DNA of 64,000 nt from Utricularia gibba. Its lineage: Eukaryota; Plantae; Magnoliophyta. Shown piece after piece: positions 13,261 through 25,336 of this stretch. Position 1 is the first letter of the stretch. Each line of letters starts with the position of its first letter. The position numbers and the translations under genes were made by a program. The DNA lies in contig CM007992.1 of the NCBI GenBank assembly GCA_002189035.1, positions 2,728,001 through 2,792,000 of the forward strand, read 5' to 3'. The notes under the pieces are model-generated. The model made no database searches, had not been told where the DNA came from, and was given only the letters and a program-made list of their open reading frames with translations.

Positions 13261-14439
13261 TAATGTCTTCATTTTTGTGTTCTGAAAATATCACTGATGA
13301 CCCAAAGCACTTTGAGTAGATGTTTTTGCAAGAGTAAGTAACAAACCATGGACATAATGCTTCGTTTTTTTTTTCTATAACTCCATTTTGAGTTTCAAAG
13401 GCTGTGCAAAATTCTCCCCCATTGTGTGATCTTAGACACTTAGGAGATTGTGCTCATTTTATGCAAGTGTCTTGAAAAAATGAATCTAGCAAAAACAAGT
13501 GAAATGTTCAATGAAAGTTAAGAAGTAATTGTTGCCTCCTAAAGAGTTTACATTCATTGGGCTACATGTCTCCATGAACTAATGCTAGTTTAGAAGATGT
13601 ACCAAAACTAGTAAATTGGGGCAACAGACTCTATGCTAGTTTCCCTCTTGCACAAATAACACATGGTGTCTTAAGCTTGAGTTAAATGGGAAAACAGCTA
13701 ATGTCTGTAAAGATTTTTGGCAAAAAAACAAAGTTGGTTTACTATTTGCAAAATAACTGAGTTTTGGAACAGTATTTGCAAAGTAGCTATGATACATACA
13801 TGTGTGCATGTATAGATTTATATCCTCCTCAACGGTAATCCTTCTTTACCATCGAGCATAATTTTTTATAATAATGATTCAAAATTATCCAAAAGTCATT
13901 ATAACAATTTTTAATATTCGATATCAATATGTGAATAAAAATTCCAGAATATATATATATGATTGTTGTTTATGCGTGATCACTATTTAATATTAAATTA
14001 ATTAAAATTTGGATTTGACTATATGTTTCAATTTTGGTATATATGGCTTCTTTATATTTTAATTAACGAGATTTTTAATTAAATTTCAAAGATATATATT
14101 GAAGTTTTATTTTTATTCTATAAAATATAATACTGTATCGTACATATAAAAAGTAAGATTATTTGGCAAGTATCATATATTAAATATGATTATTGTGTAA
14201 AACTTTTGTGAAATAGGATATTATGCAGAAGTTTTTTTACAATGAGTTATTTTATTAAAAATTTCGACCTTTTTATTTGTTCTTTTAATTTTAATTATTG
14301 AAGTCTTTTGAATATGAATGTTGTGATTGAGTATAATCTTTTGAAAGTGTTTTGGTTTCACTTGAAGAAATACTTTAACTTCGATTAAGTGCATGGTTTT
14401 GAATAATGATATGTAATTTGATTTGTTTTTATCTACAAT

Positions 14440-14760
14440 GCCCTAACTGTAGTGTGACATCCTTGAGATGACAACAAAGCGCACTAGTCTAGTTCCCGCT
14501 CTAATACCAACCGCAGGATCGTGTACGAGGATGTTTATAAGTGAATCATTGATTGGGAATTTCTGAATGTGAGTGCAACCTTCAAAGCTTATACAATTTG
14601 AAAAATGAGCCACAATGCTGATCAATAATAACGATGATGAAAATGATTTGCACCAGCAAGGAATAATTGGTTAATGACAGCAAGAGTTTAACAAATACTC
14701 TGACTCAAAGGCTTGACAGACTTGATGCAATAAAATGTAGAAAATAAGAAGTCTAAATAC
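14440..14760 (-). mobile_element. LTR retrotransposon PBS plus LTR fragment
   Basis: GCTCTAATACCA at 14498-14509 is the reverse complement of a one-mismatch tRNA-iMet PBS (TGGTATCAGAGC), followed by LTR-like sequence. Far LTR end not resolved. Confidence 0.5.
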
Positions 14761-15480
14761 TCTAGAACCTTAACAAAACTAACTAAAGAAATAGAAGGTA
14801 TTATTAAAACAAACAATCTCACATCAAAATTTGAAAATGAAATGATCAAATATATAAGTATATCACTAATTATCGATTAGATCTAATTTTTTTTAATATA
14901 ATCCATATTTATTATGTATTTAAATTTCATATGTGATGATCAGACATATTAGATTATTAATTTCAACATGGATGAAATAAGACATGATGGCCATGCCTTC
15001 AAGGCTGATCCATGTTCCATTCATCATGCTCCAATCACATTCACCACGATGTGTAATAGCAAGAACCTCTCATGTTGTGCTTGAAGATGACCTCGTGTTG
15101 AGTTGGCTTCATCGTTATCCAACAAGCTCTAGGTGTGAATCACAGGTTACCAAATGTTAAACCTGGCCCATATGAAATCAATTCACCAACCCTAAGCCTG
15201 ATTGTAATTCACTCATTATTTTTCGGATTTTTTTATTTTATCTGTTAATTATTTTTTATGATTTTACTATAGATTTTATTCAAAAACCAGAATATTTCAT
15301 ATTGTACTATTTTTTAGGATAAAAAATGTATTTTTTATTAATAATATCCATGAAGCAAGTAAGCACTGTGATGCGTGATGCACGCCCGACAGCCCACTGG
15401 CTTATATTTATTATGGTGCTGGCGGATCCCAGCAGCTCCGCCCCATCAATAGACGACACACGCCGACACGGAACACAGTT

Positions 15481-16467
15481 TCAAGCTGAAGATGAGCATC
15501 CGCCACTGCTTCGTGGTGCTTCGAAGTGGGACTCTTCATTGCCAATTCCAGATGCCTCATCATCGCTTGTACGTGAGACTACTGACCAGGCCCCGCTGTT
15601 GCAGTCCAGCAGCTCCTCCACCATCTGCACTGCGATCCTTTCCTCTTCATCGCTTGACGGCGACCCCTTCCAAAAAGATCGCGATAGCGTCATGATTTTG
15701 GTTAGTGTTTGTTTAATAGCTCAGGCTTCTGCAACACTTCTAAGCTTCGCAGACTCTACATTTATTGTGTGGATACCAGTTGTGGGTATCAGTTGGCAGC
15801 AATGAACGTTGGTTAAGTTGATTGTAAAGAGCATGCATTTCCTATACCACAGACTGCTTTTGTAAATTCAAGATACTGATGGATTGGATGGGGTGAGTGA
15901 TCCAAAGCAACGTGCTTTTGTAAACTAAGAGAATTTTGTTTTCGTTTTTGCGTGTAGAGGGGTGTGGTGGACAGAATACCTTGTTTTTTAGTTCCATTTT
16001 CATGACCCAATGGGAACCCGATTGCCTCCCGGCTCTCTTCTGCCAGACACCAATATTAGAATCGTCGGTGTCCAACCGAAGGCACGCTAATGAAGGCGCC
16101 GGATTCTTGCATGATTTCCTGAGCTTCGCTCCGAGAGTTGATGATAACGTTGACGCCGATGAGAATGCAGCAGTATTCATCTCGTCGTCCGGGAAGTTTG
16201 TCTTGGCACTGTGACCGCTCATGAGGACAGCCGCTTGATCGTAGGCCCTGGCAGCTGCCTCTGCTGTCTCAAAGGTACCCAACCATATCCTCTTCTTCCT
16301 GCAAAACCACGCACGCACGCAGAAAGGGTCACTGCATTTTTTCAATGCAATACAATACTTCCCTACTGTAAACCCGATGGAACATACAGCAGCGGGTGGC
16401 GGATTTCCGCAACCCACGACCCCCATTGGCGCTGCCTGACACCTCTGAACTTGGCTGACTGGACCAT
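15481..16467 (-). CDS. SHN: SHINE/WIN1-clade AP2/ERF transcription factor (cuticle/wax regulator family), 3 exons, 194 aa
   Basis: Exons 16467-16388 ([26 protein letters not shown]), 16298-15980 ([28 protein letters not shown]; mm motif [36 protein letters not shown]) and 15666-15481 (cm motif [15 protein letters not shown]). Introns are GT-AG with matching phases; branch point CTAAC about 35 nt before the 15667 acceptor. Confidence 0.92.
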
Positions 16468-16573
16468 CGGAGAGCCCCAGCCGCAAAAGGGCTGAATGGA
16501 TGCACCTGTTAGCCTGCTGAATGTCAGAGAGATCTCCAGGAAGAGCTGTATAAAGGGAGGGTAGGTTTGCTTA

Positions 16574-16615
16574 TTTATATAGATAAATAAAAGAAAATAA
16601 AATTCTATAAATGTA
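16574..16615 (-). promoter_or_regulatory. Putative SHN core promoter: TATA box with adjacent L1-box-like motif
   Basis: TATATAAA on the minus strand at 16581-16574, about 107 nt upstream of the ATG; TAAATGTA on the plus strand at 16608-16615. Confidence 0.55.
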
Positions 16616-18934
16616 TTCTCATTCTCTTACATGGTGGAAAACTAGCCAAACAGAATCCTCATCAACCTACTCCCAGTAAATTCATTCACAAATTTTAATG
16701 CAGAACCCTAATTTCATTTCCTTAGATGATTCTAAAACTTAAGTACAATGAGATGATGGCTTCCACATGCTTCTGCCATTACTTGTTTGAAAGTGGAGTG
16801 AGTTTGAATGGATGCGGTATCTCTTGGGGCAGATAAGCTCCACGCTACCACCACACCTTTGGTTGGCTAGGGCATTTATTGTTGGGTTTGGGGAAAAAAA
16901 TATCCTCAAAATTAGGCGAGCTGAATCACCGACAAAGTTAGATCAGATCAACCCATATCTCCATCCCAACATCATTCTTTAAAAGGTTTTATTTTGGGAT
17001 CAACCCCGAGTTACATTGATGTAACGTGGCTGGATCTACTCCCCAGTTTGGACGAGTATCAAGTAATGTAATTGACTTATACAATGTGTACCATTTTGCG
17101 CTATGCAAATGCAATCCTGCCGATGCGTGTTTGTATACAGATGATTACTTTTATCACACACTCTATTAAAAGATGGCCTTTTTGTGCATCCTCCCGAATT
17201 TCTACTTGGTGCATTGATGTTTCCAAGATGCTCCCGAACACCCAACTTGGATTGGCCTAGATTACAACTTGGAAGGGAAGATCAACTCTTGATCTGGTGG
17301 TGTGTATTCAGCAAAAGTCATTCTGAATTTCTGAACTTTAAGGAAGCGAATCTAAACCAATTAGGAATTGGAGGTATATCGAAAATACTCTCATCCCAAC
17401 GGAGTGGAAGTTACACTACATTACGGGTAAGCATCGTGTGGGACATGGCCATGGGGTGCAATAAAGCCGGGTTATGGAGCATGTGCCGACCAGCTTTGAA
17501 AACTGAGCTCCCCCATTTAACTGACGCTTGAGCAACCACGTCAATAAACCAGATTTAAAAGGTTATCCATACCCTACAGGCCACAATTAGTAGACTCATG
17601 AGGGTCACGTTGCTCCCCACCCTCTCTCATCAAATAATAAGAATAATAATAATAATTTTTAAAATTAAATTGTCAAATTGGAAGTCCACATTGACTTTTG
17701 GAAATATTTCTATAATCAATCTCAAAATTCTTTTGTAAAATTTGTTTTTAAAATTATACAAATGATTCATTTCATAAATCAAGGTGTTTTATGATATATG
17801 TGATGATGATGGTGAAAATTTGTTAGGAGTGTTCTATGTCCAATGGCAAAAAAAAAAAAAAATCATAATTGTAATTTGTGAGAAGATCATTTGAATCCTC
17901 ATAAAAAAGTTGGAATAATTCAACAAGTTGTAAAAAAATACCTAGAAAAGTTATGCAAACTTCTCTTTAAAAGATGAATACATGTTGAGGAATCGAAACT
18001 CTATCGAGGGTTATTCTTAGTCATTCCAAACCCACATGGCGTTCCGCTCAACAACTATTTAGATTTCCGAATCTTAAGGAAAAACTATTGAATTCTTGAA
18101 GACTAATAAGATGAAAGAAGGAAGACTGATAAAATTGAGCAAGAGATGAAAAAAATATGTTGAATAGGCATTTTGATCATTTTTCACACTAAACCCCATT
18201 AATATCCATCCCATCGTTCCTCCCTTACTATAATACCTTACTAGACTTTTTGACTTGCGAAATTCACTAGCCTCTTTATAACCCAATAATTTTCGAAGAA
18301 AATTGGAAGAAAGTGATGCTTGTTAGCACTTGCCCACATCGGTATTCTAAACTTGGTATCAATTGTTTTACAACATGACAACCCACTCAGGATCTTCAAT
18401 ATATTTCAACTTTTCATAGGCTTGCTTATGACCATCTGATCACAATGGGGACTCTTTTCCCTATATCTACTTCAACAAGAATCAAGGAACATGGTGAGTC
18501 TTGTAGAGTGGTGCCCTTTGACCCATTAAGCTTCTTCACAGTTATCCTTTAATCCACCGAGGTTAATGGAGGAGGAGCATATCAATATGCTCCATATTCT
18601 ATTGCTGAAGGATGATGCATGACGGCAACAAGACCACAATCACTTGTAATCTAGTCAGCACAATGCCTATGTATAAAGATGACACTTCACCTCATGTCAT
18701 ATCCTACATCCATCTGTTGTACCTCAGGTGAGACAGGTCACTCGTCGTATACTATGCTCCCATTTGAGACATTATATCCATAGTGCATGGCCAGACAATA
18801 CTCATATCTTCATATCTTTCTTGTGTTGTGCTTTGTATATTGTAGATTCAAATAAAACTTGAGTTTGAGGGAGATGAGCTCACAAAAGAGCTAGGCTCCC
18901 AAAGTAAGAACCAAACATGATGATAGAGGGATTG

Positions 18935-21900
18935 TGTTGTGAACCTTACTCCTTGGATAGAACCTCTCACCTATTGCATGAGGAGTAAGCCCAATTCAAA
19001 TGCCAACCCTTAAGAGTGCACACCTTGCTAGCAAGAGAGACCACCTTTTGTTTTAGTGCAGAACACATAATTGAGTCTGGAGGTTGGGAGAACTTTGCCT
19101 GGAGGCCATCTCCTGCTTTCGTCCCTTATTCTTTTGTTTCCCTTTTTATTGAGGCTATGTTAAACCCTGTTCTTAACTAATGTTCTTCATTCTTATTGAA
19201 ATTGGGGCTTATTGCTCACTCGAAATCTAAGAACATAACATCTTTGGCATTAGAAGGAGGGCTCTCATCCAGAAACACCATGGCTCATGCACAGGATGGT
19301 GTTGAGGCTTCTAATGAGGAAACCACTGTCCAGCATTTTAGTGGATGCCTGAACAACCTTGAGAACCACATTGGGGAAAGTTCATTGATTCTTCAAGCTT
19401 TGATGGTAGATATATTAGCAAAATTGGAAACAATCATGGCCCAACATTCACACCCTTCGCCAAACCTGCCGCCATCTTTCATCAATGTCTCAGCTAGAAA
19501 TACCTTTCCCTGGGGAAGAAGTTCCTCACCTTTGAATCTGACAGATCCCATTACCAAAGATAAGGTGGAGCTCCTTGAGTTTGACAGAACCTCAAATCTC
19601 ATTTTTTGGTTAAGCCATTGTGACTTTTTCTTTCAACTACACAAAATCCCAGACCATCATAAAATGGCTTATATCCCTTGCCACTTATCGGATAGAACTC
19701 AAGTCTGGTACATGATGCTTTTGCACAAATCTTAATCTCTCCTGGTCAGAGTTCTGAAATGCTTTTATTCAACAGTATTCTGATGCATCTGCCTCCCTAG
19801 AGTTAAGAGACCTCCTGCAAATTCAAAATACATCGTGCGATCTAGCCACCTATAATCTATCCTTTGAGAAGACCACATCCTTGATGAACTCTATTAATGA
19901 ATCAAACTTAGTGCAAGTCTACATACATGGGCTCTTAGAACCTTTATGTTAGGAAGTTGGACGTCTGAAACTCATCTCTCTCAATGAAGCGACGGCCTTA
20001 GCATGCAGCCTCCGACTTAAGTCCCATCTCATGGGCCCCTCTACCAGATTCATCGAGAAGTCAACAGCCCACTTGATTGCTCCCCTATAACTACCCATTA
20101 AAAAGAAGATGTCAAGCAAGGAAGTCATTGAACACTAGAGACTCAACCTATGCTTTCATTGTGATGAATAATATCGGCCCAGTCATCAGTGCAAACAACT
20201 CTTCTACGTTACTGTGTTTCATGGGTTGCAGGGTGAACTCCTTGTGGATGTTGAAAAAGTTGAGGAAGAGCCACTGTTATCTATCAATGTTGTTATTGAT
20301 CCTTGAATAGAGGTAAATGAGCTTGAATAGTTAATTATGGAGGGAATTATTACGAATCATATGATGCTTGTACCCATGACTTCCTCAAAAGAGAGACTGT
20401 AGCCGTCCTGGGATTAGATATTCATCCTCAAGCAAAACGCTCTATCTGACTGGCTACTAACAAAGCCAAAATCACCTCTTTCAAATGAGTAGAAGATGTT
20501 ATCTTACAACTAGGAGAATTTTAGGAGAAGTATGATTTCACAGTCATCGATAAGTTACACTGCGATGTTATTTTGGGAATTAAGTGTTAAATGAAGATGG
20601 TAGACGTGACCCTAAATTTTCAGAAGAAACGCATGATATTTGAGCAACAAGAAAGGAAATATACTTTGATTGGCATTCAGCAAGCCCTTCCCAAGCCTTC
20701 CTGTTTTTTCATGAACCTCATCATTGAGTTAGTGCAACAATATAATGAGATCTTTTAAGAGCCGATGTCACTTCCTCCCTCACATGCTTGTGATCATCGC
20801 ATTCTTATTGAACTAGGAGCCTTATTGATGGTTCTCTCACCTTAACTGATAGCTTACCTTATGAAACTGAAAATTGAAAAACAATGCCACAAGATGCTAG
20901 CTAAGGGCATCATCAGGCCTTCCTCTTTCTCCTTTGCCTCACCGATCACTTTAGTTGCCAAAGCTGAGGGGACTTGGAGGCTATGCGATTACTACCGCCG
21001 ACTAAATAAAATCACAGTCCATGTGAAGTTTTCAATCCCCATTATTGAGGAGCTTTTGAAGGAACTCAGAGGCACTAGATTCTTCTCTAAGCTAGACCTT
21101 CGTACGAGATTCCATCAAGTGAGAATGCCCATAGATTCTATCGAGAAGACGACCATATGCACCCATGCCGGTCATTTTGAGTATTTAGTGATGCCCTATG
21201 GGTTGATCAATGCACCCTCTATCTTTCAACACTTGATGAATGAGGTATTTCATGATATGCTGAGGAAATTTGTCCTAGTTTATTTCGATCACATCCTTGT
21301 CTACAGCCTCCCGTTCTTGAAGCACATGATGCACTTGGGAAAGGTGTTCCAACAGTTGAATGAGAGCCATCTGTATCTTAAGGGCTCCAAGTGTGCTTTC
21401 TTGAAATCTAAAGTTAAATATTTGAGGCATGTTGTATCCACTAGAGTAGTAGAGACAAATCTATCCAAGCTTGTGTCAGATCCGATCCCTCAGGATCTGA
21501 CCAAACTAAAATCATTCCTTAGTTTGCTAGCTACTACTGTAGATTTATTAAGAATTATGGATTAGTGGTCATGCCTCCCACAACACTATTGTGAAGAAAT
21601 AACTTTATTTGGAGTCCAGCAACCATTCAAGCTTTCGCACAGGTCAAGGAACTTCTAATATCAACACCCATTTTGATGCTTCCAGATTTCAATAGACTGT
21701 TTGTTATTGAGTGCGATGCATGAAATGTCGATTTAGGAGCTGTCTTAATGCAGGATGAACATCCTGTCTCTTATTTCAATCGGTCACTCCCTGAATCACA
21801 ATGAAGATTACCCACATATGAGAAGGAATTCGTTGCCTTAGCCAAAGCTATCCACCATTGGCGATCATATCTTTATGGGGACAAAATTCATTGTGTGAAT

Positions 21901-23719
21901 GGATCACTGCCCATTGAAATTTCTCCTGGATCAGCAGCTTCATATGCTGCCACAACAACATTGGGATACTCATTTACAATAGAGTATAAGGCTGGAAAGA
22001 CCAACCGAGAAGCAGATGCATTATCCTGAAAATGTGAAATTCTAGAAACCTCTGCAGCAATACTTTTTTTCACTATTCTTGATGCTCTACATGTAGCTCA
22101 TGAGGAACAGTAGAAATACCCTGAGTTCATCTCTCGTTTCCAACATAACCTGGTTAATGGGATACTATATTTTAAACGACTGGTTGCTTTACCCCCTAGT
22201 CAGAGTTGATCTCAACTCTCGTGACTCAGATGCACAATTTATATCATGAAGGCATTGGCAAAACTCTTCATGGACTCAAGCAGGATTATTATTCGAATGG
22301 CATGAAGAAAACTGTAATTGTGGTTGTGAAATCTTGTCTCAACTGTTAGCAAAATAATGTGGAAACCATGCAACTACTTGCCTTTTACAGCCCCTACCCA
22401 TCCCTTCCGCAATCTGGTTGAATATATCTATGGATTTAATTGTGGCGTTACCTAAATCTCAAGGGTTCTTCGTGATTATGGTAGTGATTGATAGACTATC
22501 TAAAATGCCATTTTATGGCCTTAAAACGAGGTTTCACGACAAAAAAAGCTACTCAAATTTTCTTCAACAATATCTTCAAACTACATGGTCTTGCCCAGGA
22601 AATTATCAATGACCATCTGGTTTTTACCTATTGATTTTGTTAAGAACTCTTCAAACTCAATGGTACTCGACTCCTTTTTGGCTCAACCTACCACCTGCAA
22701 TCGAATGGCCAGATGGAGGTCATGAATCATGTCATGAATCATGTCCTGAATCATGTCCTGAATCTTACCTCCAAGACTTCTCTAGTCTCAACCCTCATAA
22801 TTGGTGCTCTCGGCTATCCTAGGCATAATACGCCTATAATTCTAGCAACCACTACTCAATTCACATGTCACTTTTTGAGGCTGTTTATGGGAGAACACCC
22901 CTACTAGTCAACAATATCACTCGAAGGAGGCAACTTCTAAGGATTTGAATTTGTTGCTACACAAGAGATCTACTATGTTAGTCATCTTGAAACATCACAT
23001 TAAAGCTACTCAAGACTGCATGAGAGCTCCGCCTTCATCACCTGCATCAAATGTATGTCTGGGAGCAATCCCCATCCAAATTAGGACCATGCTATCATGG
23101 ATATTTTCAAGTGGAGGAGTGTGTCAGTGTTACTATTTACCGGCTGAAATTGCCACCAACCAACCGCATTCATCCCGTTTTCCATGTTTCTCTATTGAAA
23201 TTCTCAGGTACTCCCCTAGTGACTCACCTCCAATGGATCCCACCGATGTGTATTGCCCATAATCTATTCCCGATGCTCGATGCCAAGGAGCATGGATCAC
23301 ACTTTTGGTGTAGTGGAAAGGCTATTCTGTCCACTTGGGAGCGCCTCACCATGTTTGTGAATCCTTTCCCCTCTTTTCTAGAAGCTGATGCTCTACATTT
23401 AACGTGCCGAGGAGTTGTTGTGGACCTTACTCCTTGGACAAAAGCTCTCACCTATCGCACAAGGAGCAAGCTCAACCCAAATGCCAACCCTTAAGAGTGC
23501 ACACCTTGCCGACAGGAAGGACCACCTTTTGTTTTAACGCGAAACACATAACTGAGTCTGGAGGCTAGAGGAGGTGCGCCTGGAGGCCATCTCCTATTTC
23601 ATCCCCTATTCTTTCATTCCCTTTTTTTTGAAACTGCGTTAAACCTTGTTCTTAACTAGTGTTCTTCGTTCTTATTGAAACTAGGACGTATTACTCACTC
23701 GAAATCCAAGAACATAACA
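18935..23719 (+). mobile_element. Full-length but decayed Ty3/Gypsy chromovirus-like (Reina-type by size) LTR retrotransposon, 4785 bp
   Basis: LTRs 18935-19240 and 23416-23719 (TGTTGTG...ATAACA); decayed Met PBS TGGCATTAGAAG; TSD GATTG/GAGTG (4/5). gag with LCFHCDE*YRPSHQCK, RT (20861-21565, VYFDHILVYS), RNase H (FVIECDA), integrase ([14 protein letters not shown]...VIDRLSK), then IHPVFHVSLLK. Confidence 0.93.
22719..22764 (+). repeat. 12-bp unit x about 4 inside Gypsy integrase
   Basis: GTCATGAATCAT GTCATGAATCAT GTCCTGAATCAT GTCCTGAATC. Confidence 0.9.
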
Positions 23720-25336
23720 GAGTGTTGGTGTGTTTATTGGTTACTCACAAGAGGTCAAGGATTATGAACCTATAATCCCCTGACAAAGAAATTATCGGTT
23801 GCATGCAATGTCAAATTTGACAAAGAATTGGAAATTTGACTATTCAAACAATTTGGTTTTTCAATCATCACCTAGAACGAAGGTAAGTCATCATGCATAT
23901 GAGTTAGACATACTAATCATCTAGGACTAGCGGAAAGATGAGGTTGATGATGAGCTACCAGGCTCTCAGTATAACAATGCTTCACATAGCTCAAATGAAG
24001 AATAAGAACTCATCACTTGGCTAATAACCACCTGATCAAAAATCTTCTACCTCTAAATTGCCTCTACTCCAAACCAGACTAGTTGCGAACATATATGAAC
24101 ATGCAAATTTGTGACAATTCTTGAAGCTTTATAGGTTCCTCACTAGAAATAGGTGATGCTAGATAAAATCAACATGATAGAGAACACATGACACATGGAC
24201 AATGGAGGATCAACCTAATGAAGCAAAAATCCAAAAATCCAATTTGATTGTATCAACTCCATTTTATAGATGTAGAAAATATGTTTATTAGCTAGGTAGT
24301 GTAGTTGGTCTAAAATGAATTTTCCAAATGAACACCAATATCGACAAAAGAGTTCAGAGGTATAAGATGAGACTTGTAGCTAAAGGATACTTCCAAGAAC
24401 ATGACATAGATTATTTCAGCACATTTGCTCCCTTGGCTAGGTTTGATACCATCTACCTCATTTTTTTCAATTACACCTCAAGAAAACTACACCATCTAGA
24501 AAATGGATGTGAAATCATCATTTCTCAATGGTGATTTATCATGGAATGCCAAGTTGTCAATACCCATCAAGTATTATTACTTCCAAAAGCATTGTGTGGT
24601 TTGAAATAGTCTCCAAAAGCCTAGTATTCAAAACTAGAAGCTGCTCTCCCAGACTTGCACTTTAAAAGGACAAAAAATGAGGTGACTCTCTTCACAAAAG
24701 TTACTGCAAACAACAAATTGGTGGTCATAATTTATGTCGATGATGTACATATAAAAAGGTCTTGATGAGAGCAGCATGTCTGAATTCAAGAAGTTAATGG
24801 ACTTCATATTTCATATGATCGATTTATGATGCATCCATCAGTTCTTAGGATTGGAGATTCATGATGTGTCAAACATTATTCTAGTTGCACAAACAAAGCA
24901 TCTGAAAAACATGTTGAAGAGGCTCGATATGGAAAAGTGTACTCCTGTGTTCCACTCCCTTGGTACCATGAACAAAGGCATTGGACTTTTGCTCAAGGTA
25001 GTTCACCAACTGGTACTTATTGATGTAGTAAACCTTTAGTGACCCAAAGGTAGATAGACACACAATGGCTACAATTCCTTCTAGTGATTTTGAGTTTTAT
25101 GTCAACCTTACGAGATGAAACAACAGAGCTCAGATCGACATTGATACATTTCTAGGACCATAGAATATCATTTTTTCTGGGTTTCCAGAGAAATTCGACA
25201 CCAGTTTACATATAATGTGAGTGACAAATCAAATCGAAGAAGGGTGGAATTGTTATCCAACATGGATAACAAGATGAGATGTTGGTTGGTGCATGTATGT
25301 ATGTACCTGATATACTCAATACACAAAAAGTGGAAG

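Larger units (their letters stand above)
18700..25150 (+). mobile_element. Ty1/Copia remnant (integrase C-terminus and RT) split by the Gypsy insertion
   Basis: Removing 18935-23719 and one TSD copy restores gat gat aga ggg att gtt ggt gtg ttt att ggt tac tca = DDRGIVGVFIGYS. RT motif RYKMRLVAKGYFQEHDIDYFSTFAPLARFDTI at 24328-24460; IIYVDD at about 24730. Outer boundaries approximate. Confidence 0.8.

Noticed and set aside
15326-15805. 159-aa plus-strand ORF
   Set aside because: Antisense shadow of GC-rich SHN exon 3; no recognisable domain.
15842-16486. 214-aa single ORF taken as the SHN protein
   Set aside because: It reads exon 1 in the wrong frame and runs through both introns; the spliced model recovers the full AP2 domain and cm motif.
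17480-17540. GAGCTCCC motif suggesting miR159/319
   Set aside because: No matching mature sequence or fold-back arm found on either strand.
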